Notes under the pieces: generated by a model
What the model saw: the letters and a program-made list of their open reading frames with translations, nothing else
Database searches by the model: none
What the model was told of the DNA's origin: nothing
Program-made: the position numbers and the translations under genes
Shown here: positions 51,429 to 64,000 of the stretch, one piece after another
Numbering within the stretch: the first letter of the stretch is position 1
How the letters are laid out: every line of letters begins with the position of its first letter
NCBI GenBank assembly: GCA_951406725.2
Contig: OX597834.1
Location: forward strand, 29,388,001-29,452,000
From: Octopus vulgaris
Lineage: Eukaryota
Reading direction: 5' to 3'
Length of the DNA: 64,000 nucleotides

Positions 51429-53097
51429 GAAATGAGGTACTCAGAAGATCGGATGGTTTATATTTACAGATATTTATTTGTATATTACATTTTTTTATAT
51501 ATATATCATATCACTTAGATCATTAGCGCTTTCTCCCATTCTAGTGAGGTTTTCAAATCATACATACATAAATATACATATGTACATACATTTATATACA
51601 TACATAAATACATATATATACATAAATACATATATATACATACATAAATACATATATATATACACACATATGTATATATATATATATAATTATCTAAGCA
51701 ATTAGCAAACAACACCTCCCTCTTGGGGTGTTTAAAAATGACAAGAAGGCTGATAGTCCCAATAAGGTCAGTTGATCAGAACATTGGGACCATTCACACA
51801 CACATAGTTGACACTTGTGTGTGTTTTGATATTGATTGGTGTCAACCAGTGTCGTTCTCATTACTTGAAGCATAACCCAACGGTTTAATAAACAGAGATC
51901 GATAAAATATCTACGAGATCAATATGATTGATTGAAAGCTTAGATGGCTATGTTTCCAAGTAAGATAATATTTCCCCACAGCCAGACATTTTTTCAGAGA
52001 AGATTGGAAATGAACACCACTGTTTGTATGTATAACAGTGACACTCGTTTACAGCTACCACCCAATTTGAAGTCAAGAAGACAGTAACGCACACACATAC
52101 ACACACGTGGGTTTCTTTCAGTTTCCATCAACTCACAATGCTTTGGTTATCCCAGGGCTATAGAACAAAATACCTGCCCAAGGCTCCATACAATGAGACT
52201 GACCCTGGAACCATGTGGCTGAGAAGTAAACTCCTTAACCTCAAAGCCATGCTTTTGTCTTCATTTTCAATGGGTTGATAAAAAATAAAACCAGTAAGAT
52301 ACTGGGGTCAAATGAAACTCTTGTTTTTGAGATGTGAATGGAATCATAGCAGAAAACTAAGGTTGAGTCAATATTGATTGCATTATTCTGGAATATGTAT
52401 AGTTAGCCTCTCACATGTCACTTTTATCAGGTTATTAAACATGTCACCTTTATCAAGTTAACAAGGGAAACCTGTATATGGCCGTGTTCATAGTTAAATT
52501 AGTGTTAATATGCTTAATGCCAGGAGCCGAAATGAAAACCATATTAGTCATTGACAAATATTGCTTTGTTCTCACCACATAAATATTTCTGGTTACCATT
52601 TTAATGTCACCTCCTGCACATTGTAAACGAATCCTCAGCTGGTTTGGATAATGAATATTCCAATTCTCCAATCAACCAAATGACCGAATTCTTCTATTCA
52701 TTGAGAGGTGCAACAATGAATGTGTGCTTGAGAAGATCGCCTCCCACCCATGTATCCTCAGGTTCAGTGCCATTGCATGACATCTTGGGTGGGGGGCAAG
52801 TGTCTTCGACTATGGCCCACTAGTAAGTGGATTTTATCTATGAAAACTGAAAGAAACCTATCATATATATATATATATGACATACACACACACACATTAT
52901 TACCTTAAAACAATTTGTGATTATAATGTTCTCTTATGTGCTATGAAATGTATGTGTGTGTGTGTATATATATATATATATACTTTATTTAAAGTATTTT
53001 GTTAAATTTCTGCTGCTTTTAAATAAAGCATATTACTCTACCTTTGGTATTTGAGTACTCTTTTTTCCACCTTGTTTCACATTTATGTGTTTATTCC

Positions 53098-53153
<56 letters not shown>

Positions 53154-53219
53154 ATTAGGATAAAATTATTATTTAATGATTTATCAGTGGCCAGCATACT
53201 AAAAATACTCTATTGGTTA

Positions 53220-53260
<41 letters not shown>

Positions 53261-53992
53261 TATAAGAAGGGCATCTGGGGTGTAGAAACCATGCCACAAT
53301 AGACAGTTGGAATCTGGATAGCTCCATGTCGAACTGTCCAAGCCATGCCAGTGTGGAGAGCAGACATTAAACGATGATGATGATAGTGATGATATATATA
53401 TATATATATATACAGAGAGAGAGAGAGAGAGAGAAGGATGGATAAACAGAGGAACAAAGAAGGTCTTACATGCTCTCTCTCTCTCTCTCTCTGGCACACT
53501 CATACACACCTACACACAGATAATATTCAACTACATCCGGAAGCACATATTCACACAGACAGATCTCTTCCCCTATATGCAGGCTGTCGTCAAACCCCAC
53601 TTCCAGCAATCCATTCTGTTACCACTGTGAAGTGTATGTGGGGACGAGATTGTCACAGCCTGGTCAGGGCCTCTCTGTGCCAAGGATAAGGAAACAGTCA
53701 TGTCAAACACAGAGTGACATTCGCGAAAGGAAAACTGTTTGTTTATGATTTGACTTCTCTTTTGAAACAACCGGAAGAAACAGGAAAGAAAGCAGAGACC
53801 AGAGAAAGGGGGAAGAGGGAGGGAGGGAGGAAAGCCTGCAGAAAGAAAAAAGAAAAAGCAGAGTCGAAGAGAGAGAGGGGGAGGGGGAGGAAAGACAGCA
53901 TAAAGAAAGAAAGAAAGAAACAAGGAAATTAAAAGGAAAGGGAAAAACAAAGAATAAGCAGAAAAAATAAAAAGACCAAAAGTAGAAGGAAG

Positions 53993-54034
<42 letters not shown>

Positions 54035-54685
54035 GGTAGAGACAGATAGGTGAAGAATGAAAAAGAGAGAGAGGGGGGGAGAGGCGAACTGAGGTGAAGT
54101 GATGTGAGGCGAGGCGAACATGTTGCAAGGCTCAGAATAGATTTCTTTAAAAGGGTTGCCAACCCTGAACATGATGTTCCTTGTGGCAGGAGAGGAAGGA
54201 AGATGTCAAACTTGTAACATTAAAAACAATTTCACTGTCGTAGGCGGCGTCTTCGCTGCCGTCTTCATTGTTGTCATCGCTCTTGTTGTTGTTGTTGTTG
54301 TTGATATCTTCTACTTTCACTTTCACTTTTAGACTGTTTTATGTAGAAATAAATGAATCAATGAAAGCTAGAAGCATCGGGAACTTCATTGTTTTTCAAT
54401 TTAATGAGGATTGCTCTGTGCTGGGTGCATGTACCTGCATTTATGTGTGTGTGTGGGTGTTTATTTATAAGTGGAAAAGAGAAGCCAATAGAAAAAGAAC
54501 CAGGTTTTAAAAACAACTACAGGAGTTGAATTGTTTGACTAAAGCCTGTCAAGATGCCCCAGCATGGTCGCAATTCAATGACTGAAACATGTAAAAGATA
54601 GAAAATACATATGCACATATATACACAAACAGACATACATGCATATGCATATACAAACATACTATATACACATAAACACGCACAC

Positions 54686-54707
<22 letters not shown>

Positions 54708-54721
<14 letters not shown>

Positions 54722-55085
54722 CTGAAGTTGTCTGTGTATGGCAGGTTTGGTAGCCTTCAACTAACCCTATCTCCTCCGAGACCCTGAGGCGCAAGTTGAC
54801 CAAAATTGAGAGTATGATAGTAAAAGGCTTGCTCTTCCTTTCGTAGAAGAAAAAGTTCAAATCGGACCATGTTAACACCAAAAATTATTTACATCAAAAA
54901 GGTACTTTTTTTCTATGAAAATCCCTATTTTTTACGATTTTTTGACTGCTGTGTCGCTATTTTTCGGTGTATTTCAAGCAGAAAAATGTTCACTTAAAGA
55001 GAGTAACAAGGTACATATTGCTTTTCAACAATTCCAATTCTAAAGGGTCGAAACAAACCCGAGGAACGCCAGGCAATACTGCTAA
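54708..55085 (+). mobile_element. Non-autonomous Helitron-like element
   Basis: TATATATAAAGCTGAAGTTGTCTGTG start, subterminal CCCGAGGAACGCCAGG and terminal CTAA (CTRR) followed by T. Embedded in (TA)n. Confidence 0.6.
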
Positions 55086-55086
55086 T

Positions 55087-55117
<31 letters not shown>

Positions 55118-55655
55118 CATTCTCTTTCTATCTCTTTTAGTGTGTGTGCACATATACACACGTAGACTATGGCCATCACTTGGAACTATGACTTGATTGC
55201 TTGTACCATGGTTTTGCTAATTGTCTTAGGTGCCAGCATAATCACACACACACATGTATATACATACATACACACTCCTATCTAAACCCTCCGCTCCCTC
55301 TATCCTCTTCATTCTATATACCCTTTAAGTTCCATTTTATTTATCACCTCACCCCCCACCCTCTTTCATGTATCACACACTATACACACACAACTATAAC
55401 ACAGTAGTACACACAACACAATACACACCCACTCTACACATTACCATTCAATATACACCATTTACATGTTTCAGTCTATTTCATTCCCCTCCCCTCCACT
55501 TCTCTCTCTATTTCCCTCCCCCCCCCATACATACTTCCTCCTTTATATTTCAATGTAAACATCCTACTTTCACTTTCATTCCGTATTTCTATTTTTCTTC
55601 TCTCTCTCTCTCTCTCTCTTCCCATGTCTCTTCCTTCACTTCCCTGCAACCTTCA

Positions 55656-55791
55656 CCCCCGCCCGCCCGCCCTGCCATCCTGAACTTCAAGAATCAGAAG
55701 AAATCCCACCAAGCATTTAGTTGCTGCACTGACAATTATAAAAACGAACTGTCTTCGGTGCTCAGGTGCTCAGGTGCACCGACAGGTAAGA
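55656..55791 (+). promoter_or_regulatory. Candidate core promoter plus short first exon
   Basis: Tandem GC boxes (55656-55672), TATAAAA (55737-55743), two CAGGTG E-boxes and a 5' splice site CAG|GTAAGA at 55785/55786. Confidence 0.35.
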
Positions 55792-57857
55792 GAAGCAGAG
55801 AGAACACTGGGTCCTTTCACAAGGCATTGTGTCATGTCAGGTAGATTGTACTTGGCTGCAAAATCAATGAGACAGTCTCTTTGCAGTCACCTGACTTACT
55901 AGAGATAGCAGCTGAATTTCCCTCCTGTCTTAAGAAAAAAAAAAAACAGAAAAAGAAAGCAAGAATGCATCAGACGAAATACTTTTGGAAACAGAAAAAC
56001 GTCTGGAGGCTCATGGTTGGCATGTCATCTCCAAATATCTACTATTGCCTTCACCACCACCACCACCACCACCACCACCACCACCACAAGAATTAAAATA
56101 TCCTCACAAGATTGCTGCTACCATTAACACCACCGCCACTACTACCACCATTACCACTACCGAAAAGCTACACTAGCACCACTATATCACTAACACAACC
56201 ACCTCTACAACTATCACCACGACAATTACAGCTCTTGTCACAACTACCACGACAATCGCTAATTCAACTACTATCACCACCACCACCACCACCACTACCA
56301 CAACAACAACAACTATAATAACAGCCACTAATACAACCACCACCACCACTATCATCAAGGTGACAAACTGCCATCATAGATCTACCTGATGTTATATTAA
56401 GATTGATTAGCTAAACTGTATCCAATTTCATTACAATTCTTCTTGTTTTAAAGACACTGAAACTCTCCTACATCATTATCATCATCATCATTACCATTGT
56501 CATCATTCATCTTCATCATCATCATCATCAACATCATTATCATCATTCGAACCACCATCTCCCTTCTCTTCCTCCTCCACCGCCTCCTCACTATCATCAT
56601 CAGCTTGTAACAAATCTGATTATACATACTGGGTCATTAAATATTTTTCTAGTTTAACGCAATGGACTCTGGCCTTTCTGGAGCACCACCATATCAGTAT
56701 ATAGGCACAGTGAATCCTCCCAGGATTTGAACTCAGAATATATAAAGACAAAATGACAAAGTATTTGGGGTTACAGGAGAACAAAGAACATCTGAGACGA
56801 CTGATAAAATGCCAGGAAAATGCAATATATATATATATATCACATGGTTCCGGGTTCAGTCCCACTGCATGGCACCTGGGGCAAGTGTCTTCTACTATAG
56901 CCTTGGGCCGACCAAAACCTTGTGAGACAGAAGACTGAAAGAAGCCTGTCGGATATATATAGTTCAAAGGTCACCGTTTTAATGCTGTTGTTGAGATCCA
57001 GAGCAAATTGCTGAAGGTTTTGCCTCACAGAAAATAACTTCCAGGCTAATTCCAACCATATTACAGAGTGTTCTGGGTACTTTTTACATGGTACAAGAGC
57101 AGCAATGAGACCATCAAGTAACTTGCAAGACCCCCTTGACTGGGGGGTGGCGAGAGTGGTATTGGGGGAGAGGTGGTGAGTGGTTAGAGTATGAAGAACA
57201 GAAACAAGTGTCTTAAAAAAAAGGGAGACGCATTTTGAGAAAGAATGAAAAGTGAGGAGAGAGAGAGAGAGAGGAGAGTGAGATGGGAAAGAAGAGAGAG
57301 GGCAGAGAGTGATTGAATGTGAGTTGTCAGTGTCAGAATATGTATTTTTTTTAGTGTGTATTGTTGTTGTTTTTTATAGCCCCATGTCAGTTCTTCCCAT
57401 GTAGCAGCCCCTGAAAAGAAAGGTATTTCAGTCTTGACTATCCCACATTTTACTCTTACATCCAACACTTACGTTGTCTTTTATAACAGCAGTGTGTAAT
57501 ATGAGAGAAATTTGGCTGCTACTTCTAGCAGGTCTTGCAACTAAACAGAGATTCCCTGTTTGTTCCATTATACTACGTGTCTGTGTGTGTGTGTGTGTTT
57601 GCCTTCTCCTTGTCGTACACATATAAGCACACACACACACACACACATGCACACACAAGCACATACATGCATGTGTATACGCTGCTGCTAACAGCTCCTT
57701 TCTTGTCATCAGAAATAGCCAGGTGCCAGAGTTAAATCATCAACTACCTTGCCATTACTGTTTCCTCTCTAAAATGATTGGATCTTACCGGATCTCAACA
57801 GATCTTCTAATTTCATGTTGTCAATACTCTAATCCCATATTATATAACATTTTGCAA

Positions 57858-58167
57858 TGCACACACACACACACACACACACGACATACATGCATTACAT
57901 ACATACATACATACATACATTACATTACATACATACATACATACATTATATACATACATACATTACATTACATACATGCATACATACATACATATATACA
58001 TACATTACATACATACATACATATATACATTACATACATACATACATAAATACATACATACATACACACATACATACATACATACATACATACATACATA
58101 CATACATACATTACATACATACATGCATACATACATACATACATACATACATACATACATACATACA
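57858..58167. repeat. (CA)n/(CATA)n compound microsatellite
   Basis: CATA runs interrupted by CATTA. Confidence 0.95.
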
Positions 58168-58936
58168 TTTACTGCTTTATTATTTTATTTTATATGAATT
58201 ACAAATATAAGTCTCTGAGCTGGCTGAATCATTAGCATGCCAGGCAAAATGCTTTGTGGCATTTTATCTGTCTTGAAGTTCTGAGTTCAAATCATGTCAA
58301 AGTTGACTCTGCCTTTCATCCTTCTGGGGTTGATAGAAAAAAAAGTACCAGTTGGACACTGGGTCTAGTGTAACCAAACTAATCTTAATTGTCCTTTTGC
58401 TAAAATGTGAAGAAATAATTTAATGTTGGGACCCAAAGTACATAAAGTTATAAATAATACCATGCGGAGACTGGGTTGAAACGTCTGTATTTGATGGAAT
58501 ACATCAAAGGCTACCTGTAGGACATAAACCTACATCTTCTGTAAGCATGACAGATGTTCTACCATTGTATCAAAGCAACCCTTTGAATTTTTCCGTTCAT
58601 TTTTAGAAGCTTTGTTCTGAACAGCCAAAATTTCATGTTGCTCACATCGAAAGAATTTAGAAACTTTGGGAGGTGTGAAATAAATAATAATAGCGGTTAT
58701 ATATTGGGTTAAAACTGCCTTGGCTGGAGAAGATCAAAGACTGTTTAATCATTTACAGCTCAATGAAGAGATCTACTTGTGAGACCAAATGTAACTCAGA
58801 AAACTCGAGTTGTTTAAAACCTTGTCTTTTGCAGAGTGTGGAATGGTTGATTGTTACATTGTTGTGGTTGTTGTTGTTGTTGTTGTTGTGGTTGTTGTTG
58901 TTGTTGTTGTGAGATGAGTGCATCTTGAAATGGAAA

Positions 58937-59269
58937 TCAAAAGTGACATGAAGCTTGGTACCAACCGGCTGGGCAGATATCTTTGTTATCTGATGGTGAA
59001 GGTCCCTCCAAACAATCCGGGTTAGCACTACTCCAGCTCCAATATCTAAATCCTCCAGTATTGTCCAGCGATGAAGTTGGGGAGCGAGGAGGATGAGGAA
59101 GGTTAAAAGAAGACTGATGATGGTGGTGGTGGTGGTGGTGGTGGTGGTGGTGAGGATGCTGCTGCTCAGCAGCAACAGCAGCAGCAGCAGTAGTGGTGGT
59201 GGTGGACCAATGACCATAAAGAAGAATACTAAACAAGGAGGAGAAGAACCGAGAGTAATAAAATGAAGT
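58937..59269 (-). CDS. Candidate coding exon (Ala/His-rich, unassigned)
   Basis: Acceptor TTTCTCTTTTGACTTCTCTTACAG ends at 59270 (minus strand). The open frame reads ...AAAAVAAEQQHPHHHHHHHHHHHHQSSFNLPHPPRSPTSSLDNTGG...GWYQASCHF*. No recognisable domain. Confidence 0.2.
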   Translation of the reverse strand, partial: TSFYYSRFFSSLFSILLYGHWSTTTTTAAAAVAAEQQHPHHHHHHHHHHHHQSSFNLPHPPRSPTSSLDNTGGFRYWSWSSANPDCLEGPSPSDNKDICPAGWYQASCHF

Positions 59270-60403
59270 CTGTAAGAGAAGTCAAAAGAGAAACTGTTGT
59301 GGTGGGGTGCATCAAACGAACAGAGTTCCACCTCTATTTTCTAATACACACTCACCACCACCACCCATCACCACCCTCACCACATTCACCATCGCCACCA
59401 CCACCACCACTGGCACACACGTGTATCTCACTCCTTTCCGAACTCCCACCTCCATCCACAGACAGTTCCATTTCAACGTTGTTTATGCCTTAAGAAGCAA
59501 TTCTCTTATGGCCATAAAGATATAAATTACTCCGTGAACAGAGGTTTTCGGATCTCATCGGATCTCATTGGATCTCATAATTTTATGTTGTCACTAACCT
59601 CCACCTCCGCCACCACTACCACTCCCACCAGATCTGCCCTCCACCACTCTTTTTCATTTTTCTTTTTAATGAGGATTCACTCAAAGCTAATTATTACTCT
59701 GAGATTAGATTTTCAAATTTTTGTTTTGTTAATTTTATAATTTATTATATTTTTCATTTTCATTTCTATTTGTTTTGCTTTTTTTTGTTTTGGTTTTAAT
59801 TGTAAAAAAAATCATTATCTTAAATTTTTTCTATTTTTTTTTTTTTTCCTTTTTCATATAATTTATTTAAGATTCTGAAAATTGATATAGGTTTGATATG
59901 TTTGTAAATTTTCAAATTTTATGCAACCATATTTTACAGCTTTGATTAACTACCACAACATTCACTTGGACAATTATTATTTGTTTTGTCTTTCTTTTTA
60001 CATTGCATTTCCTAGCTCTCGGAGTGACACATGTACTCACATGAGCACACATCTTCTTCATAAGTACACACACACACAAATGTACAGACATACATTAACT
60101 CAAATTCACACACACACGCACACATCTTCATTTCAAGTATGTTCCTGTATGTATGAACGCTGGGAGACCTAAAAATCTTTGAAGCCCTTTTTTGCCACCT
60201 TCAGCAATTTCAGCAGATGCTCAACCCCACTACATGACTGCTACTTTATCTGATCAACCACAGTATTTGATTCGTAAGGCAATGTTCTGTTCAGCATTCA
60301 AAACATCCCCTCACTCAGTTCTTCTCCATTTCTGAAGAAAGGGACCGTGAGTATGAAGAAAAGATGCTGTGGTCCCCTATGACATTTTCTTACGATGTAA
60401 GGT

Positions 60404-60607
60404 ATCATCATCATCATCATCATCATTATCGTTTAATGTCCGTTTTCCATGCTAGCACAGGTTGGACGGTTTGACCGGGGTCTGGGAAGCCAGGAGGCTG
60501 CACCAGGCTCCAGTCTGATCTGGAAGTGTTTCTACAGCTGGATGCCCTTCCTAACGCCAACCACTCCATGAGTGTAGTGGGCACATTTTATGTGCCACCG
60601 GCACAGG
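60404..60607 (-). mobile_element. RTE LINE 3'UTR (family D)
   Basis: Reverse complement of about 24520-24716. A decayed plus-strand copy lies at 53265-53392. Confidence 0.85.
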
Positions 60608-60944
60608 TAACCAATTGCTATAATTGGATCAAAGAACAGAGAGAGAAGAATGAACAGCAGAAGGATGAAATGCAAATTTGACCTAAGCAGGACTTGAACC
60701 ATGTGTGCAATGAACTGGAAAAAATACTGTAGAGCAATTTAGTTGGCATTTTAACTACCAACCCACAACCAAATAAAACTGTAAACAAGGATTTTTCATA
60801 TTGCTACAAAACCTAAAATTTCTTAGAACGATACAGCTTTTATACCAGCTTTTATATCAGCAGCTGTCTATGTTGCATGCTTACTGTGTGCACATGGTGA
60901 CGATGCCAGACACTGGTGCATTTGTCTTGTGATATCATTTCTTA

Positions 60945-61089
60945 TGGCTGTGTGGTAAGAAGCTTGCATGGTTCTGGGTTCAGAACCACTGCATGGCATC
61001 TTGGGCAAGTATCTTCTACTATAGCCTTGGGTCAACCAATGCTTTGTAAATAGATTTGGTAGATAGAAACTGAAAGAAGCCAGTCATGA

Positions 61090-61148
<59 letters not shown>

Positions 61149-61530
61149 CATACCAATGTGTGTGTATATATATACATATATATATAGGAGAGGAAAAATT
61201 ATAATAAGGCAGAATGCTAAATTGAAAGTAAATTTTAATAAAAATGGGTAAATGGAAAATTAAAAAAGAAAAAATAATAAATCATATATATATATATATA
61301 TATATCAATGTGTGTGTGTTTTTGTCTTTCTGTTTGTCCTCCCCCACCCCACTTGACAACTTGTGTTGGTGTGTTTACATCCCATATCTTAATGATTTGA
61401 CAAAGAGACTGATAGAGTAAGTACCAGGCTTTACAAAAGACAAGTGCCAGGGTTGATTCATTTGACTAAAAATTCTCTAAGGTGGTGCCCCAGCATGGCC
61501 ACAGTCTAATGATTAAAACATCTAAAAGAT
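60945..61530 (+). mobile_element. Old family B SINE with expanded internal microsatellite
   Basis: Head and core at 60945-61085. The (TC)n(TA)n expansion contains a further AT-rich insert (61187-61285). The 3' half lies at 61310-61530. Confidence 0.7.
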
Positions 61531-61950
61531 TGAAGGTAAAAGGTTGCTGCGTTAATAACACAATAACAATCAGAAAGAGACGAAAACTCATTCCAGTAGC
61601 AGGGACCAGTGAGAGCGCCAGATGCATTCCTGCCTTTTTGAACCTTTTCAATGGCACATACTCACAACAAGCCACACGGTCAATTGAGAATTCATTGTCT
61701 TCAATATAGAAAATATGAACAATGCATTCATTGATGTTGTGAATAGCAGCCTGACTAATTAAAAATTCGATATACGCAATTGAGATACACTAAATCGTTA
61801 GCATTGCAACAAGCCGTATCTGACCAAAATACTCTCCTTGTTTCGTGTTCCAACTGGCCAGATCCAGCCTCTTACACCCACCCAATAGTGTCACTTTAAA
61901 AATAAATAAACAATCGCATCATCAAAATCTTGAAGCTACAAGAGCTACAA

Positions 61951-62236
61951 CTCCTGCCCCAGAGCGTCGGCTGCGGGGTCACTCCGAAAAGCTCTATCTG
62001 TGATGATTTCATCTCAATCGAAGGAGAGGGGCTTTCTCTGTCCGGGTTGCGGATCCGTGGAATAAGCTGCCGGACGAGATAGTGAAGATGCCGACGACCG
62101 CTCGGTTCAAAGTCTCTCTTGACCAGAAATGGCCTGAACTCTTTGCATGAACCCCACCCTGTACATAACTCCATGTCCCCCTACATGGCCTTGCTTTTGC
62201 TTTTTGAGCCAAAAAATTAACTTAACTTAACTTAAC
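61951..62236 (+). mobile_element. CR1-clade LINE 3' end, second copy
   Basis: RRLRGHSEKLYL**FHLNRRRGAFSVRVADPWNKLPDEIVKMPTTARFKVSLD, highly similar to 42146-42365. (CTTAA)n tail. Confidence 0.85.
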
Positions 62237-62238
62237 AA

Positions 62239-62440
62239 TACTCTTACTCTTTACTCTTTTACTTGTTTCAGTCATTTGACTGCGACCATGCTGGAGCACC
62301 GCCTTTAATCGAGCAACACGACCCCGAGACTTATTCTTTGTAAGCCCAGTACTTATTCTATTGGTCTCTTTTGCCGAACCGCTAAGTGACGGGGACGTAA
62401 ACACACCAGCATCGGTTGTCAAGCAATGCTAGGGGGACAA

Positions 62441-62473
<33 letters not shown>

Positions 62474-62645
62474 CATATATACGACAGGCTTCTTTCAGTT
62501 TCCGTCTACCAAATCCACTCACAAGGCATTGGTCGGCCCGGGGCTATAGCAGAAGACACTTGCCCAAGATGCCACGCAGTGGGACTGAACCCGGAACCAT
62601 GTGGCTGGTTAGCAAGCTACTTACCACACAGCCACTCCTGTGCCT
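62239..62645 (-). mobile_element. SINE family B, full length
   Basis: Minus strand starts AGGCACAGGAGTGGCTGTGTGGTAAG and ends in (GTAAAAGA)-like repeats. Confidence 0.9.
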
Positions 62646-63621
62646 ATACATAATTAATTCCAAGCAAAATGAATAAGCAAGCTTTACATTTGAAGAGCAA
62701 ATCGAATGCTGAAGCGGAAGTACCAAATGGAGACAGTTATTTCAATAAAACGCTGCCTCACCTACACATTCTACATTATATCCGTATTTAACCAATGTTT
62801 TAGTTCATCATTTCCAGAAGCAGTGGAACTTACATCTGCCTCCTCAATAAGGATTGAACTCAGAACGTAAAGGAACATAGCTAAATACTACTGAGTGTTT
62901 TGTCTGCTGCTCCACCAATTTTGCCACACTACACAGCTTAATTAATAATAGTAAATAATCAAGTAATAATGTAATTGATATTTTTTTTTTTTGATGTGGC
63001 TTTCGGATTTGATAGCTTTTTCGCTTTCTTTTTCTTTGTTTTTTTGTTTTGTTTTTATTATTTTTTTTTTTTTATGTTATTACATCAATGAACTAAGAAT
63101 TCAATGAGGGAATTGGTTTTGATTCTCTGTGGAAATGGTTTCAACTGTGCTTACTTCTAACTATACTTTGAATTATGCTATTGATAATGATTTCATTATT
63201 CAAAGACTAATAATAAAAACAATAATAACAATGACGGTGATGATGATGATGATGATGATGATGATAACCTTTTCTTTTATTATTGCCACAAAGGTGACGG
63301 AAGAGAGGACATTATAGGATGGGAGTGTGAGATGTACTGGTGGTGGGAAAGCTTGTGTAGAAACTGAATAATAAAAATGATAATAATAATAAAAACAATA
63401 ATAATAATTTCAATGAAACTTATAAGGCATAGTATTGGCACAATGCCATCCATTTTTCTATAAAGGAGTTAATCAACACCAGTATATGTTGTTGATTTTA
63501 TGTATCCTGAGGGGGTGAGAGACAAATTCTACCTCCAAGCATTTGTTGTTATTATTATAATATTAACAAGCTGCACCTGAGAAATGCAATTCCCATTTTT
63601 TAAAACTTCTATTTTGATGCA

Positions 63622-64000
63622 TTACTCTCTTTACTCTTTTCTCTTTTACTTGTTTCAGTCATTTGACTGCGGCCATGCTGGGGCACCGCCTTTTAATCGA
63701 GCAACTCGACCCCAGGACTTATTCTATCGGTCTCTTTTGCCGAACCTCTAAATAACGGGGACATAAACACACCAGCATCGGTTGTCAAGCAATGCTAGGG
63801 GGACAAACACAGGCAGACACACAAACACACATACGCATATATATATATATACATATATATGACAGGCTTCTTTCCGTTTCCGTCTACCAAATCCACTCAC
63901 AAGGCTTTGGTCGGCCTGAGGCTATAGTAGAAGACACTCGCCCAAGGTGCCATGCAGTGGGACTGAACCTGGAACCATGTGGTTGGTAAACAAGCTACTT
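63622..64000 (-). mobile_element. SINE family B, cut by the window edge
   Basis: Co-linear with 62239-62620, with one internal deletion. Confidence 0.85.

Overview
AT-rich, microsatellite-saturated eukaryotic DNA with no intact protein-coding gene that I can recognise. Almost all ORFs in the track are translations of (TA)n, (CA)n, (AAT)n, (GAT)n or (GGT)n repeats. The repeat content suggests a coleoid cephalopod, most likely Octopus, in intronic or intergenic sequence; this is an inference from composition and repeat types, not a database match. Family letters A-G are my own labels. The window holds many copies of several SINE-like families, some with clear target-site duplications (TSDs). 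It also holds 5'-truncated LINE ends (RTE, CR1, Tx1-like, R4/Dong-like restriction-endonuclease type), a Tc1/mariner transposase relic, three copies of a TTAA piggyBac-type MITE, two non-autonomous Helitrons and structured minisatellites. The most system-like signal is a set of short inserts, most embedded in (TA)n, that form long foldbacks and/or carry hammerhead-ribozyme-like cores (best at 33975-34026, minus strand). These are probably remnants of Penelope-like elements. Also notable are a ~500-nt inverted repeat pair that could be an ADAR substrate, and unique islands with clustered TCF/Sox/RFX/POU motifs. One of these islands has a GC-box/TATA/5'-splice-site promoter-like arrangement. I cannot establish a genuinely new biological system from sequence alone.
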